Of a stretch of DNA of 64,000 nucleotides, positions 52,350-62,080 are shown in pieces. Under the pieces are notes generated by a model. It made no database searches and was not told the DNA's origin. It saw nothing but the letters and a program-made list of their open reading frames with translations. Position numbers and translations under genes: made by a program. Each line of letters starts with the position of its first letter. Position 1 is the stretch's first letter. The DNA is from Syntrophales bacterium. Its GTDB lineage: Bacteria > Desulfobacterota > Syntrophia > Syntrophales > UBA2192. The stretch is taken from assembly GCA_036725345.1 (NCBI GenBank), contig DAIMEJ010000005.1, positions 19,717-83,716 of the forward strand, read 5' to 3'.

Positions 52350-55223
52350 TTAAATCATGATCGCCGAGGTGGCCTCCTCCAGCGTCGTGATGCCGGTCTG
52401 CACCTTCTGGATGGCATCCTCTTTCAGGGTCTTGAGTTTTTCCGACTTGACGGCGGCCTGCAGGATTTCCTGCTCAGACCAGCCCTTGATGATCATTTCC
52501 CGGATCATCTCGTCGATGACCAGAACCTCGAAGATACCGATTCTCCCCTTGTACCCCGTGTGGTTGCAGGCCTCACAGCCCTTGCCGTAAGAGAACGTCA
52601 GGCCTTCCCTGTCCGTGAGACCCCAGAGATCCAGGACCTGCGCGGCCGGCCTGTATGACTCACGGCACTGAGGGCAGATCGTCCTGACCAGCCGCTGGGA
52701 CACGGAAGCGAGAAGAACAGAGGCGACCAGAAATCGCTCAACGCCGAGGTTCAGAAGGCGCGTGATGGCGCCCGCGGCGTTGTGATCCTGAAGGGCACTG
52801 AAAACGCGGCAACTGAGGGACGCCTGCATGGCCATGGCGGCTGTTTCGGCCTCCCGCAACTCGCCGACCATGATGACATCGGGCGCGTGTCGCATGACGG
52901 ATCTCATCCCGTCGGAGAAGCTCATGCCCGCCCGGCGGTTCAGCTGAATCTGCGAAATGCCCTCGAAATAATACTCCACGGGGTCTTCGACGGTCATGAT
53001 GTGGGTGTCGGGCCTTCGGATTTCCTTGAGCATGGCGTAGAGGGTCGTGGTCTTCCCGCTGACGGCCGGCCCGCAACAGAGGATCAACCCGTTCGGCCTG
53101 TGGAGGACCGACTCGAGCTTGTCCCGCTCGGCCCGTGACATCCCCAGGCGGGAAAGATCGTACATGTCATCGCTGACATCCTGGAGGTTCAGGATGATGT
53201 TTTCCCCGTGGACAGCCGGGATGGAGGAAACCCGGATGCCGTATTCACGATCCTCCATCTTCACCGTAAATCGGCCATCCTCGGCAACGTTCGCCGCAGC
53301 CATTTCCATCTCGGCAAGCTTCCTGATGCGGGAGACGATGGGCAGGAAAGTCGATTTGGGCAGGTCGGTGACCTCGCTCAATTTCCCGCCGATGCGGAGC
53401 CGCACCTGGAGGTTGCTGGCCTGCGGGTTGAAGAGGACCTCACTGGCCCCTTCCTGAATCGCGCGGGCGATGATGGAGCTCACCAGTCGGACCACCATCT
53501 TGTCTTCCGCCCATTCCTGACGCGCGGCTATTTTTCGATCCCCCCTCTCGGAAAGGGTGATCTCCTTCTCGGCGGCCCCTTCCGAAACATTCACGGCAGC
53601 AAAGGCCTGTCGGGTCTCGGGTGAAATAACGGGGGAGTTGTACAGGCTGTTGAGCAGCAGGTCCATTTCATTTTCCGTGCAGACGACCCACTGCGTCTCT
53701 CCCTCAATGGCCAGCTTCAGGGTCTCCAGGGCGGCCGTGTCCGTGGGATCCGTCACGGCAATTTTAAGGACCCTGCCCTCCATGCCCAGGGGGGCCGCCC
53801 TATACTTCCTGGCCATCTTCACGGGGACGAGGTGGGCAAAACCGATATCGAGCGGATGACGATCGGGCGAGTATTTGTCCAAGTTGAATTTCAAGCTGAA
53901 GAGGTCCACTATACCGTCCTCCGACACCCACCCTCTTTGAATCAGCATATCTTTCAGTTCCTGGCCGGTTTTCGACCGTTCCGCAAGGGCTGTCTGAAGC
54001 TGGGCCTCGTTGAGGAGATTCGCGGTGACCAGGAGGCGTCCGAGATCCATTTCAGCGGCAGGCACCCTCCCCTCCGCATCCGGCGTCTTATCGAGAACCG
54101 CCGGCTCCCCGATGGCCTTCACAAAGTGCGGGAAGTCTTCCAGCTGCAGCGTTTCTCCTTTCGCCACGGCTGCCGCCCTCGAGAGAAGGTTTTCCATCTC
54201 CGTGACATTGCCGGGCCATGCGTACTTGAGAAAAGCGTCCATGACGTCCGTGGAGACGGCGACGACATCTTTCTGGAGGTCGTGGGCTATCTTCTTGAGC
54301 AGGTAGTCCACCAGAAGAGGGATATCCTCTTTCCTCTCCCGGAGGGGCGGGATATCGATGCTCACGACGTTCAAGAAATAATAGAGATCATCCCGGAATT
54401 TCCCCTCCTTGACGAGGGCAGGGAGATTCCCGTTCGATGCGGCAATAACTCGCGGCCGCAGCTTGATTTTTTCCCTGCCCCCGGTCCGCTCGAATTCCCG
54501 CTCCTGCAGCACCCGCAGAAGCCTGGACTGCATGTTCAGGGATATCCCGCCGATGTCGTCCAGAAAGAGCGTTCCGTCATCGGCGGCCTCGAACTGACCG
54601 TATTTCCGGCTCTTCGCGCCGGTGAAGGTGCCTTTTTCGTAGCCGAAAAGATCCAGCTCAAGAGACATCTCCGATTGGGATGAGCAATTGATGGCAATGA
54701 AGGGCCGGTTTCCCGCCGTGCTCTTGTGGATCACGCGCGCAACCAGCTCTTTGCCCGTTCCCTCCTCGCCCTGGATTAACACAGCCGCGTCGGCGGGCCT
54801 GACCTTCGCGATTTGATCGCATATCAACCGCACGGCCTTGCTCTGACCGATGACGTCGGGATAGATTTCCCGCGGTTCCACCTTGCTCAGGAGGTCTGTG
54901 ACCTTTTCGAAGACCACTTTGTATTCCTTGATGTCGTCCCCCTGAGGGGTCAGGGTGTTTCTCGCCGGCGTCTTGGCGAAAACGGGCAATTCAATGACCC
55001 TTTTGATGAACCCCCGGATGGGCCTCATGACGAGCCAGGTGATGACGAGAGCGATGGCGAAAGCGAAAAGTGCGATGGCGATCCCCCACACTCTCACATA
55101 TTCATCGGGATTGGTGAGGAGTCGGAAGATCTGATAGGTCATGATGACCGCAATGAGCGAGATCCCGGTGAAGATGAGCGGGATGAGGACATAGAGGCTG
55201 ATTTTATACTTCGACTTTTTCAT
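52350..55223 (-). CDS. membrane-anchored fusion protein: sigma-54-activator AAA+ domain + T2SSE_N domain + GspE/PilB-type secretion ATPase
   Basis: One 957-aa ORF. Two N-terminal TM helices. Residues about 123-350 are an NtrC-type AAA+ module (GEEGTGKE, GTFTGA, LFLDDIG, RVIAASN, PPLRERKEDI). Residues about 391-520 are T2SSE_N-like. Residues about 575-957 are a GspE/PilB ATPase (GPAVSGKTTTLY, TVEDPVEY, VIMVGELREAETA, CPQC...CEAC). There is no C-terminal Fis-type HTH. Confidence 0.8.
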   Translation of the reverse strand: MKKSKYKISLYVLIPLIFTGISLIAVIMTYQIFRLLTNPDEYVRVWGIAIALFAFAIALVITWLVMRPIRGFIKRVIELPVFAKTPARNTLTPQGDDIKEYKVVFEKVTDLLSKVEPREIYPDVIGQSKAVRLICDQIAKVRPADAAVLIQGEEGTGKELVARVIHKSTAGNRPFIAINCSSQSEMSLELDLFGYEKGTFTGAKSRKYGQFEAADDGTLFLDDIGGISLNMQSRLLRVLQEREFERTGGREKIKLRPRVIAASNGNLPALVKEGKFRDDLYYFLNVVSIDIPPLRERKEDIPLLVDYLLKKIAHDLQKDVVAVSTDVMDAFLKYAWPGNVTEMENLLSRAAAVAKGETLQLEDFPHFVKAIGEPAVLDKTPDAEGRVPAAEMDLGRLLVTANLLNEAQLQTALAERSKTGQELKDMLIQRGWVSEDGIVDLFSLKFNLDKYSPDRHPLDIGFAHLVPVKMARKYRAAPLGMEGRVLKIAVTDPTDTAALETLKLAIEGETQWVVCTENEMDLLLNSLYNSPVISPETRQAFAAVNVSEGAAEKEITLSERGDRKIAARQEWAEDKMVVRLVSSIIARAIQEGASEVLFNPQASNLQVRLRIGGKLSEVTDLPKSTFLPIVSRIRKLAEMEMAAANVAEDGRFTVKMEDREYGIRVSSIPAVHGENIILNLQDVSDDMYDLSRLGMSRAERDKLESVLHRPNGLILCCGPAVSGKTTTLYAMLKEIRRPDTHIMTVEDPVEYYFEGISQIQLNRRAGMSFSDGMRSVMRHAPDVIMVGELREAETAAMAMQASLSCRVFSALQDHNAAGAITRLLNLGVERFLVASVLLASVSQRLVRTICPQCRESYRPAAQVLDLWGLTDREGLTFSYGKGCEACNHTGYKGRIGIFEVLVIDEMIREMIIKGWSEQEILQAAVKSEKLKTLKEDAIQKVQTGITTLEEATSAIMI

Positions 55224-55746
55224 AAGGCTGCCTTTGGACCTCCCGGAAAAATGCGGCGCGGGTCCGCCATGGACGGTACCGCCTGATTGGAGCAGGAAGA
55301 CGTCTCCACTATCCTCCGAGGATCAATCAGAGACGCTTCTCGTATCTTTCACCTGCATTTGAAACTTATTTAACAATTTCTGCAACAATTGCAATAGGTT
55401 GAAAGTATGAATTTTATTCGTATTTTAATGTAATCACATTTAATAATAAAGTGTGAACTTATACCACATTCATCCGCTCTGATCCAGCCTGTCGTGCTCG
55501 AGCGAAGACCCTTGTCAGAGGCCAATCTCCGCGCCTAACGGTCCGGTCAGGGCCACGGGCCGACCATCTACGAAAAAAGTATTACCCGATCGGCCGCCCC
55601 CGGCCCCTTTCCGCGCATCGCCCCGGATCAGGGGACGTAATGGGTTGACAATTCGACAGCGTTTTTCTACCCTGCCCAAGGATCCGGCCTGAAACGCCCG
55701 TGCCGGGTTACCCGCTCTTGTCGAGGAAAAAGGATCCTGCACGATC

Positions 55747-57051
55747 ATGACCGAACGAACCCAAAAAGCCGTTTTGGGCTGGGCCATGTACGACTGGGCC
55801 AATTCCGCTTTCGCCACCACCGTCATGGCCTCCTTCTTCCCCATCTTCTTCAAGCAGTACTGGAGCGCCGGCGCGGACCCCACTGTCAGCACGGCGAATC
55901 TGGGGCTCGCCAACTCCACAGCGAGCGCCTTCATCGCCGTCGCGGCGCCGGTGCTGGGCGCCATTGCCGACCGGGGGCAATCCAAGAAAAAGTTTCTTTT
56001 CTTTTTTGCCTGCATCGGAATCGTCATGACCTGCTGTTTCTACTTCATCCCGAGCGGACAATGGCAGGTCGCCGCCGTCGTTTATGTGCTCGCCATGATC
56101 GGCTACTCGGGGAGTTTCATTTTCTACGACGCCCTCCTCACCACCGTCGCGGCGGAGAAGGATACCGACTTCGTCTCTTCGCTGGGCTTTGCACTCGGGT
56201 ACCTGGGCGGGGGGATCCTTTTTGCGCTGAACGTCTGGATGACACTGAAGCCGGACACCTTCGGACTCCCCGACGCGGGAGAGGGCGTCAGAATCTCCTT
56301 TCTTACCGTGAGTGCCTGGTGGGCCCTTTTCTCCCTGCCCCTTTTCCTCTTCGTCAAAGAGACGGGCCGTCCGCAGGATCGGACGACGGCGCAGGTCATT
56401 GTCGAGGGTCTGCGCCAGCTGGAGAGCACCTTCCGCGAGATTCGCCACCTGAAGATCATCTTCATCTTTCTTGCCGCCTACTGGTTTTACATCGACGGGG
56501 TGAATACCGTCATCGTGATGGCCCTGGATTACGGATTGTCCATCGGGCTTCGGCCGGATGACCTGATCGTGGCGCTTCTCATGGTCCAGTTTATCGGCTT
56601 CCCCTCGGCCATCGCCTTCGGGAAAATCGGGGAAAAGATCGGGTCGAAGACGGCTATCCTGATCGGCATCGCCGTCTATCTCTTCATCACGGCCTACGGC
56701 GTTTCCATCGGCACCAAGGAAGAATTTTTCGTCATGGCCTGTATCATCGGCCTCGTCCAGGGCGGTGTCCAGGCCCTGAGCCGCGCTCTATTCGCCCGGA
56801 TCATCCCCGTCGACAAATCAGCCGAGTATTTCGGTTTCTACAACATGATGAGCCGGTTTGCCACCATCAAGGGACCGCTCCTCATCGCGGGGACCATCTA
56901 CCTGCTGAGGTCTATGGGCTATTCGGGTCTGCTGGTCTCCCGGATGAGCATCCTGTCCGTTGCCATCCTCTTTCTGATCGGGGGGGTTCTCATCTCCTTC
57001 GTCGATGAAAAGCGGGGAAAGGAAGAGTCAGCGTACCTGGCGCGAACATGA
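55747..57051 (+). CDS. MFS transporter, UMF1/Atg22-like family
   Basis: 434 aa with about 12 TM helices. N-terminal GWAMYDWANSAFATTVMASFFPIFF is typical of the UMF1 family. Confidence 0.8.
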   Translation: MTERTQKAVLGWAMYDWANSAFATTVMASFFPIFFKQYWSAGADPTVSTANLGLANSTASAFIAVAAPVLGAIADRGQSKKKFLFFFACIGIVMTCCFYFIPSGQWQVAAVVYVLAMIGYSGSFIFYDALLTTVAAEKDTDFVSSLGFALGYLGGGILFALNVWMTLKPDTFGLPDAGEGVRISFLTVSAWWALFSLPLFLFVKETGRPQDRTTAQVIVEGLRQLESTFREIRHLKIIFIFLAAYWFYIDGVNTVIVMALDYGLSIGLRPDDLIVALLMVQFIGFPSAIAFGKIGEKIGSKTAILIGIAVYLFITAYGVSIGTKEEFFVMACIIGLVQGGVQALSRALFARIIPVDKSAEYFGFYNMMSRFATIKGPLLIAGTIYLLRSMGYSGLLVSRMSILSVAILFLIGGVLISFVDEKRGKEESAYLART

Positions 57052-57124
57052 GAACGGCGTGCAGACCGAGGATGGCGTCGCGTATGAACTATGAACAAGG
57101 GGTGGTTTCTATTTTATCTCACAA

Positions 57125-57550
57125 CTATTTCCTGATTCCCGATACCTGCACCAGGACCTGACGTTTTCTCGGCCGGTTGTCGAAATCCAGGAGGATGATC
57201 TGCTGCCACGTGCCCAGCACCATGACGCCCCCGACAACGGGAATCGTGAGCGACGGCCCCAGGAGTGCCGCCCGTACGTGGGCGTATCCGTTCCCGTCTC
57301 CCCAGCGGGCATCATGACGATAGGACAGGCCCTCCGGGGCGACCCGGCTGACGGCCTCTTTCAGATCTTCGATGACCCCGCCTTCGTACTCGATGGTCGT
57401 CAGAGCCGCCGTGGACCCGGGCACAAAGACCAGGACCTGGCCCTCCGCGATACCGGACGTCTGCACCTTCTTCGACACGGGCTCCGTGATGTCGATCACA
57501 TCCGTCCGGCCGGTCGTCGAAAATGTAAGACGCGCGCTGTGGTATTCCAT
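57125..57550 (-). CDS. yjbQ: YjbQ/UPF0047 family (secondary thiamine-phosphate synthase) protein
   Basis: FVPGSTAALTTIEYE, GNGYAHVRAALLGPS and GTWQQIILLDFD motifs. Confidence 0.88.
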   Translation of the reverse strand: MEYHSARLTFSTTGRTDVIDITEPVSKKVQTSGIAEGQVLVFVPGSTAALTTIEYEGGVIEDLKEAVSRVAPEGLSYRHDARWGDGNGYAHVRAALLGPSLTIPVVGGVMVLGTWQQIILLDFDNRPRKRQVLVQVSGIRK

Positions 57551-57704
57551 GTCGACTTCACGCTCCTTGACGCAAGGGTTGAATATGACATATTAACCAC
57601 AGCGGATAGGGATGTGCAAGTTGGACTTGTTTTCAACCGGATTATTTGGTAGTCGAAAGAAAGCCCGCGGGACTCGAACACCGGCGGGGTGAAGGCATTC
57701 GCAG

Positions 57705-58703
57705 ATGAACAAGAAACAGGTGATGGAGCAGGCCAGGGAGGTTCTCAGGACGGAGGCCGAGAGCATCCTCAATCTCATCCCCGGCCTCAGTGATGACTTC
57801 GTCCGCGCCGTGGACAGGATCTTCAAGATCAAGGGACGCGTCATCGTCACGGGTATCGGGAAATCGGGGCTCATCGGAAAGAAGATCGTGGCGACCCTCA
57901 CCAGCACCGGCACTCCGGCCCTCTTCCTCCACCCTGTGGAGGGCCTTCACGGCGATCTCGGCATCGTCACGAGAGACGACGTCCTGCTCGCCATTTCCAA
58001 CAGCGGCGAAACGGGCGAGATCAATTCTCTCGTCTCCCGTACAAAGGAAATCGGCACACCGCTCATCGTATTTACGGGGAACCGCCATTCAACCCTCGCC
58101 CGCTGCGGGGATATCGTTATCGATGTCGGGGTCAAGAAAGAAGCATGCCCCTTTAACCTGACACCGACCTCCAGCACGACGGCGGCGCTCGCCATGGGGG
58201 ATGCCCTGGCTATCGCCCTGATCGGAAAACGAAAATTCCGGGAAGAGGACTTCTTCCGCTTCCACCCCGGCGGTACGCTGGGGCAGAGGCTGCAGGCACG
58301 CGTGAGGGACATCATGATCAGCGGGGACGGGATCCCGAAAGTCCTCACCGGAACGTCTGCCCTGGAGGCCGTGGAAGAGCTCGACCGCAAGAACGTCGGT
58401 TTCGTCATCGTCACGGACAGCAGCAACCGCCTGATGGGCATCCTCACGGACGGCGATATGCGCCGTTACGTGAAGCGGGGGGTCAACTTCAAGGAAAAGT
58501 TCGTCGATGATCTCATGACAAAGAAACCGAAGATCATCGGCGAGAACGAAACGCTCGCCCGGACGGTCGAACGCATGCAGAAGGACGAGATCACAGCACT
58601 CCTTGTGGTGGATGAAAATCGCGTCCTGAGAGGATATATCCACCTCCACGACATTCTCGGCAGAGGTGGCACGATACCGATCACAATTCCAAACTCCGCC
58701 TGA
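57705..58703 (+). CDS. kdsD: KpsF/GutQ-family arabinose-5-phosphate isomerase (SIS + 2 CBS)
   Basis: GRVIVTGIGKSGLIGKKIVATLTSTGTPALFLHP SIS motif and a tandem CBS C-terminus. Confidence 0.85.
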   Translation: MNKKQVMEQAREVLRTEAESILNLIPGLSDDFVRAVDRIFKIKGRVIVTGIGKSGLIGKKIVATLTSTGTPALFLHPVEGLHGDLGIVTRDDVLLAISNSGETGEINSLVSRTKEIGTPLIVFTGNRHSTLARCGDIVIDVGVKKEACPFNLTPTSSTTAALAMGDALAIALIGKRKFREEDFFRFHPGGTLGQRLQARVRDIMISGDGIPKVLTGTSALEAVEELDRKNVGFVIVTDSSNRLMGILTDGDMRRYVKRGVNFKEKFVDDLMTKKPKIIGENETLARTVERMQKDEITALLVVDENRVLRGYIHLHDILGRGGTIPITIPNSA

Positions 58704-58775
58704 GAACGACGCGGGCAACTTCCACAGATGCCATTCTGGGTCCTGCCCGGGGAAGTCAAATCGGACGGTTTCCGA

Positions 58776-59843
58776 TCAGATCCATTTTTTCTTTCTGAAG
58801 TAATAAATCATGATCGCCGCCACGGTGATCATGATCGCCCAGGCGAAGGCGTATCCGTAGCGCCACTTGACCTCCGGCAGGAACTCGAAATTCATCCCGT
58901 AGACACCGGCGATGAAGGTCAGCGGGATGAAGATTGTCGCAATGATGGTCAGGACCTTCATGACCTCGTTGAGCCGGTTGCTGATGCTCGACAAATAGAT
59001 ATCGAGCATCCCCGAAAGCATGTCCCGGTGGGTCTCGATGGTGTCCATCACCTGGATGGTGTGCTCGTAGACGTCGCGGAAGAAGATCTCCGTCGTCTTG
59101 TGAACCAGGGAGGACTCGGACCGCTCGAGGTGCAGAATGACCTCCCTCAGGGGCCAGACGGATTTTCGGAATATGAGCATTTTCTTCCGCAGCCTCTGGA
59201 TGCCTTTCAGCGTCTGGGGCCGCGGGTCCGCCACCAGCCTGTCTTCGAGCGTTTCAATCTCCTCCCCGAGCTCTTCCATGATGACGAAATAATGATCGAC
59301 AACGGCGTCGATCAGAGAGTAGGCCAGATAGTCCGTGTCGCTCCTGCGGTGACGCCCCTTCCCGGACCGGATCCTCTCGCGGACGGAGTCGAACACGGGG
59401 CTCTCCCGCTCCTGGAAGGAAATGACCACGTCCCGGTTTACGACGAGGCTGACCTGCTCCGCGCGGATTTCGCCGTTTTCCCCCTCGCTGCTCAGGGTCT
59501 TCAGGACGATGAAGAGGTAGTCGCCGAAATCCTCCAGCTTCGGTTGCTGGTCCGTGTTCATGATATCTTCGAGCAGAAGGGGGTGAATGTTGAAGTGGCA
59601 TCCGATCTTTTCGATCACGTCCTTGTCGTGAATGCCGTCGATGCTGATCCACGTGACGGTCGGTTTACCCTTGTAAGGAAAGGCCTCGTCAACGGACCGC
59701 AGTTCTTTTTCCTCCACGCGGCTTTCATCGTAGTCCATGACTCGAATCTTCGGTTTCTCGACCAGCCGCTCCCCGATGTGGACCAGTGTGCCCGGGGGCA
59801 GGCCGGCCATCCTGGATGTCCTTGCATCTTTTTTCTTCGGCAT
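58776..59843 (-). CDS. corA: magnesium/cobalt transporter CorA
   Basis: C-terminal two TM helices with the GVYGMNF signature. Confidence 0.93.
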   Translation of the reverse strand: MPKKKDARTSRMAGLPPGTLVHIGERLVEKPKIRVMDYDESRVEEKELRSVDEAFPYKGKPTVTWISIDGIHDKDVIEKIGCHFNIHPLLLEDIMNTDQQPKLEDFGDYLFIVLKTLSSEGENGEIRAEQVSLVVNRDVVISFQERESPVFDSVRERIRSGKGRHRRSDTDYLAYSLIDAVVDHYFVIMEELGEEIETLEDRLVADPRPQTLKGIQRLRKKMLIFRKSVWPLREVILHLERSESSLVHKTTEIFFRDVYEHTIQVMDTIETHRDMLSGMLDIYLSSISNRLNEVMKVLTIIATIFIPLTFIAGVYGMNFEFLPEVKWRYGYAFAWAIMITVAAIMIYYFRKKKWI

Positions 59844-60134
59844 CGGCCACCTCGTTCTCCGCTCCCCCGGGCGCAGGGCGCGCCGGGGTTGTCGGGGCTT
59901 CCATGATGTTGAATAGAGGCTCGTCCGTCAGTGTGTCAAGAAAAATTCCTGTCCCCGCATCCGCCCGGAGAGTAAAAAAACCCCTGTCAATCCGATAGTT
60001 ACTCAGTGTAAAAAATTTGTGGTATGAATTTTGCTCGTAATTCGTTCTTGAGGACCTGACCGCTCGACGGCAGGTACCTCTGAACATCTGATGGGAGACC
60101 TAAAATCCCCGAACCGCCCGAGTCACCGGCCGAT

Positions 60135-60992
60135 ATGGAAACCATCGCTCTTCAAAAATTCGGCGAATTCCAGGTCGAGACCCATGAAGACCTCGCCCGT
60201 CTGAGGGAGATCGAAACTCAGATTCTCGACAAGATGAACCTGGGTTTCTCCCCCGAAGTCATATCGATCCTCGACGATGAGGACGCCCGCCAGGAGGACA
60301 TCGAAAAGATCAAGCTGAAGCTCCGGCAGGATGTTCTCTCCCGTCTGATCGGCCGCGCGAATCTCGTCTCGCATTTCGGAAAAACAAAAACAGGGGAGTC
60401 CCAGCAGTTTCTGAACGTGGTGATGCGGCTGGGCATGAAACCGGCAAAAGTCTATATCCTGGCTTTTTCCCTCTATTTTTCAAGTCCGGAACTGGAGGAA
60501 CTGGCGGCCAGGAGTTTTTCCATGTCCATCATCGGCAGGATTCTCGCAAGACAGCTGGGTTTGAACGCGCTCGACCAGGACCGGGTGGAACTGGGCGCAC
60601 TGCTGCTCGAAATGGGCAGAATTCCGATCGTTCTGTACGAAAAGCAAAACCATCAGAAGCTGGGGGGTGATTTCACCACCAGATACCACACTTATTTCGG
60701 CGTCCGGATGGTGCAGAAGTATTCGCTCCCCGATTATCTCGCCGGCGTCATCCTCAACCGGTCCTTCGGCATCGACGGGAACGGTTTTTCGGCAACGGCC
60801 GTCGTCGATCTTGCCCACTGCGTCGTGGAACGAAGTTTCACGCGTTCGGGAAAATTTGTCGTCCAATCCCAGAGCCAGGTCGCCAGCCAGACCGACGAGA
60901 CCCTCCTGTCCACCATCAGCAACGCCTTCCAGACCATCGGATTGAGAAAATACCTGGAAATCAAAACGCCTTCCAGGCCCGCCGTCAGATAA
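60135..60992 (+). CDS. HDOD-like domain protein (degenerate)
   Basis: Helical protein. The LGALLLEMGRIPIVL segment aligns by eye with the HDOD GLLHDIGKL region but lacks the His-Asp pair. Weak call. Confidence 0.4.
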   Translation: METIALQKFGEFQVETHEDLARLREIETQILDKMNLGFSPEVISILDDEDARQEDIEKIKLKLRQDVLSRLIGRANLVSHFGKTKTGESQQFLNVVMRLGMKPAKVYILAFSLYFSSPELEELAARSFSMSIIGRILARQLGLNALDQDRVELGALLLEMGRIPIVLYEKQNHQKLGGDFTTRYHTYFGVRMVQKYSLPDYLAGVILNRSFGIDGNGFSATAVVDLAHCVVERSFTRSGKFVVQSQSQVASQTDETLLSTISNAFQTIGLRKYLEIKTPSRPAVR

Positions 60993-61010
60993 GGCGAAGG
61001 AAAAGGCCCC

Positions 61011-61823
61011 TTATCCTCCCCGTGGTTTCTGCACCAGGGCACCATAGAGCCGGGGCCGCCGGTCAGCGAAGAGGTTGTTGTGCTCGTTGAGCTGTTTATC
61101 CCGCGCGGCCGCTGCATCCACCTCCGCTACATGGACCTCGTCGGTCTCCCGTCCGGCCCGGTAAAGGACATTGCCCCGGGGATCAACGATTTGACTTCGG
61201 CCGGTGTACACGAGCCTCTTTCCTCCCCGCTCCTCAGACCCCGTCCGGTTGCAGGTCACGGCAAAGACCCGATTTTCGAGACACCGGGTGACCATCGCGT
61301 CCTGGCAGTAAGGCAGCACGAGATTGGCGCTGTGGCAGATGACATCGGCGCCCTTCAGAGCCAGGACCCTCGCCGTCTCCGGGAAGAACCAGTCGAAACA
61401 GACCATCACGCCCACACGGCAGGACCCGATCTCGAAGACTTCCGGTTCCTCTTCCCCGGGATGAAACCAGAGCTTCTCCTCGAAGAAGAGATGGATTTTC
61501 CGGTACGTGGCGACGTGGCCTCCGGGTGCGACCAGAACGGCGGCATTATAGATTCGGTCTCCGTCCCGCTCGGCAACCCCCGCCACGATGTGGACCCCGG
61601 TATTCTCGGCCAGCCGGGACAGGGCTTCCGTGGTCCGCCCGCCGGGGACCTCCTCGGCAAGGTCCTGCACCTCTTTCCGCGAGGTGAAGAGATAGCCCGT
61701 GTTGAAGAGTTCCGGAAGGACGAGCAGGTCGGCCTCGACGCTTCCGATGAGGGAGGCCACGCTGGACAGATTTTTATCCACCTCCCCGAAGGCGGGATTG
61801 AACTGGACAAACCCGATCTTCAT
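61011..61823 (-). CDS. carbon-nitrogen hydrolase (nitrilase superfamily) protein
   Basis: Start at the ATG at 61823, after GGGAGG. ADLLVLPELFNTGY (Glu), YRKIHLF (Lys) and VMVCFDWFFPE (Cys) catalytic triad motifs. Confidence 0.88.
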   Translation of the reverse strand: MKIGFVQFNPAFGEVDKNLSSVASLIGSVEADLLVLPELFNTGYLFTSRKEVQDLAEEVPGGRTTEALSRLAENTGVHIVAGVAERDGDRIYNAAVLVAPGGHVATYRKIHLFFEEKLWFHPGEEEPEVFEIGSCRVGVMVCFDWFFPETARVLALKGADVICHSANLVLPYCQDAMVTRCLENRVFAVTCNRTGSEERGGKRLVYTGRSQIVDPRGNVLYRAGRETDEVHVAEVDAAAARDKQLNEHNNLFADRRPRLYGALVQKPRGG

Positions 61824-62080
61824 CTGACACCTCCCTGGCATCTGGAATTTTCCGCTCACGTATATACCAGCATCGCCCGGGCCTGTCGACGGAATTCAAA
61901 AAAAATGCTCCCCCATCCGGCCCGTTGACGCTGATATTCGGGTATCAAAAAAAATCCCCCTCCATCCCGTTTCCGGAAAAGAGGGGGACAATTTCACCCA
62001 GGGGCGAGGTTCGAGAACCGAGGACCAGAAGTGGCTTTTCTTTTCCCTGGACCCGATACCCCATACCCGGGACCCTGTCT

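Noticed and set aside
55381-55396. TGCAA-caa-TTGCA inverted repeat in the AT-rich region upstream of the fusion ATPase gene, considered as an operator or sigma-54 element
   Set aside because: It is a short 5-bp arm repeat in AT-rich DNA with no GG/GC sigma-54 spacing, and is likely chance.
55515-56448. 170-aa and 246-aa minus-strand ORFs
   Set aside because: They overlap the promoter region and 5' half of the MFS transporter gene in antisense. No motifs or RBS are evident.
58728-59906. 392-aa plus-strand ORF
   Set aside because: Antisense to corA, which has the diagnostic GMN motif. It is a shadow ORF.
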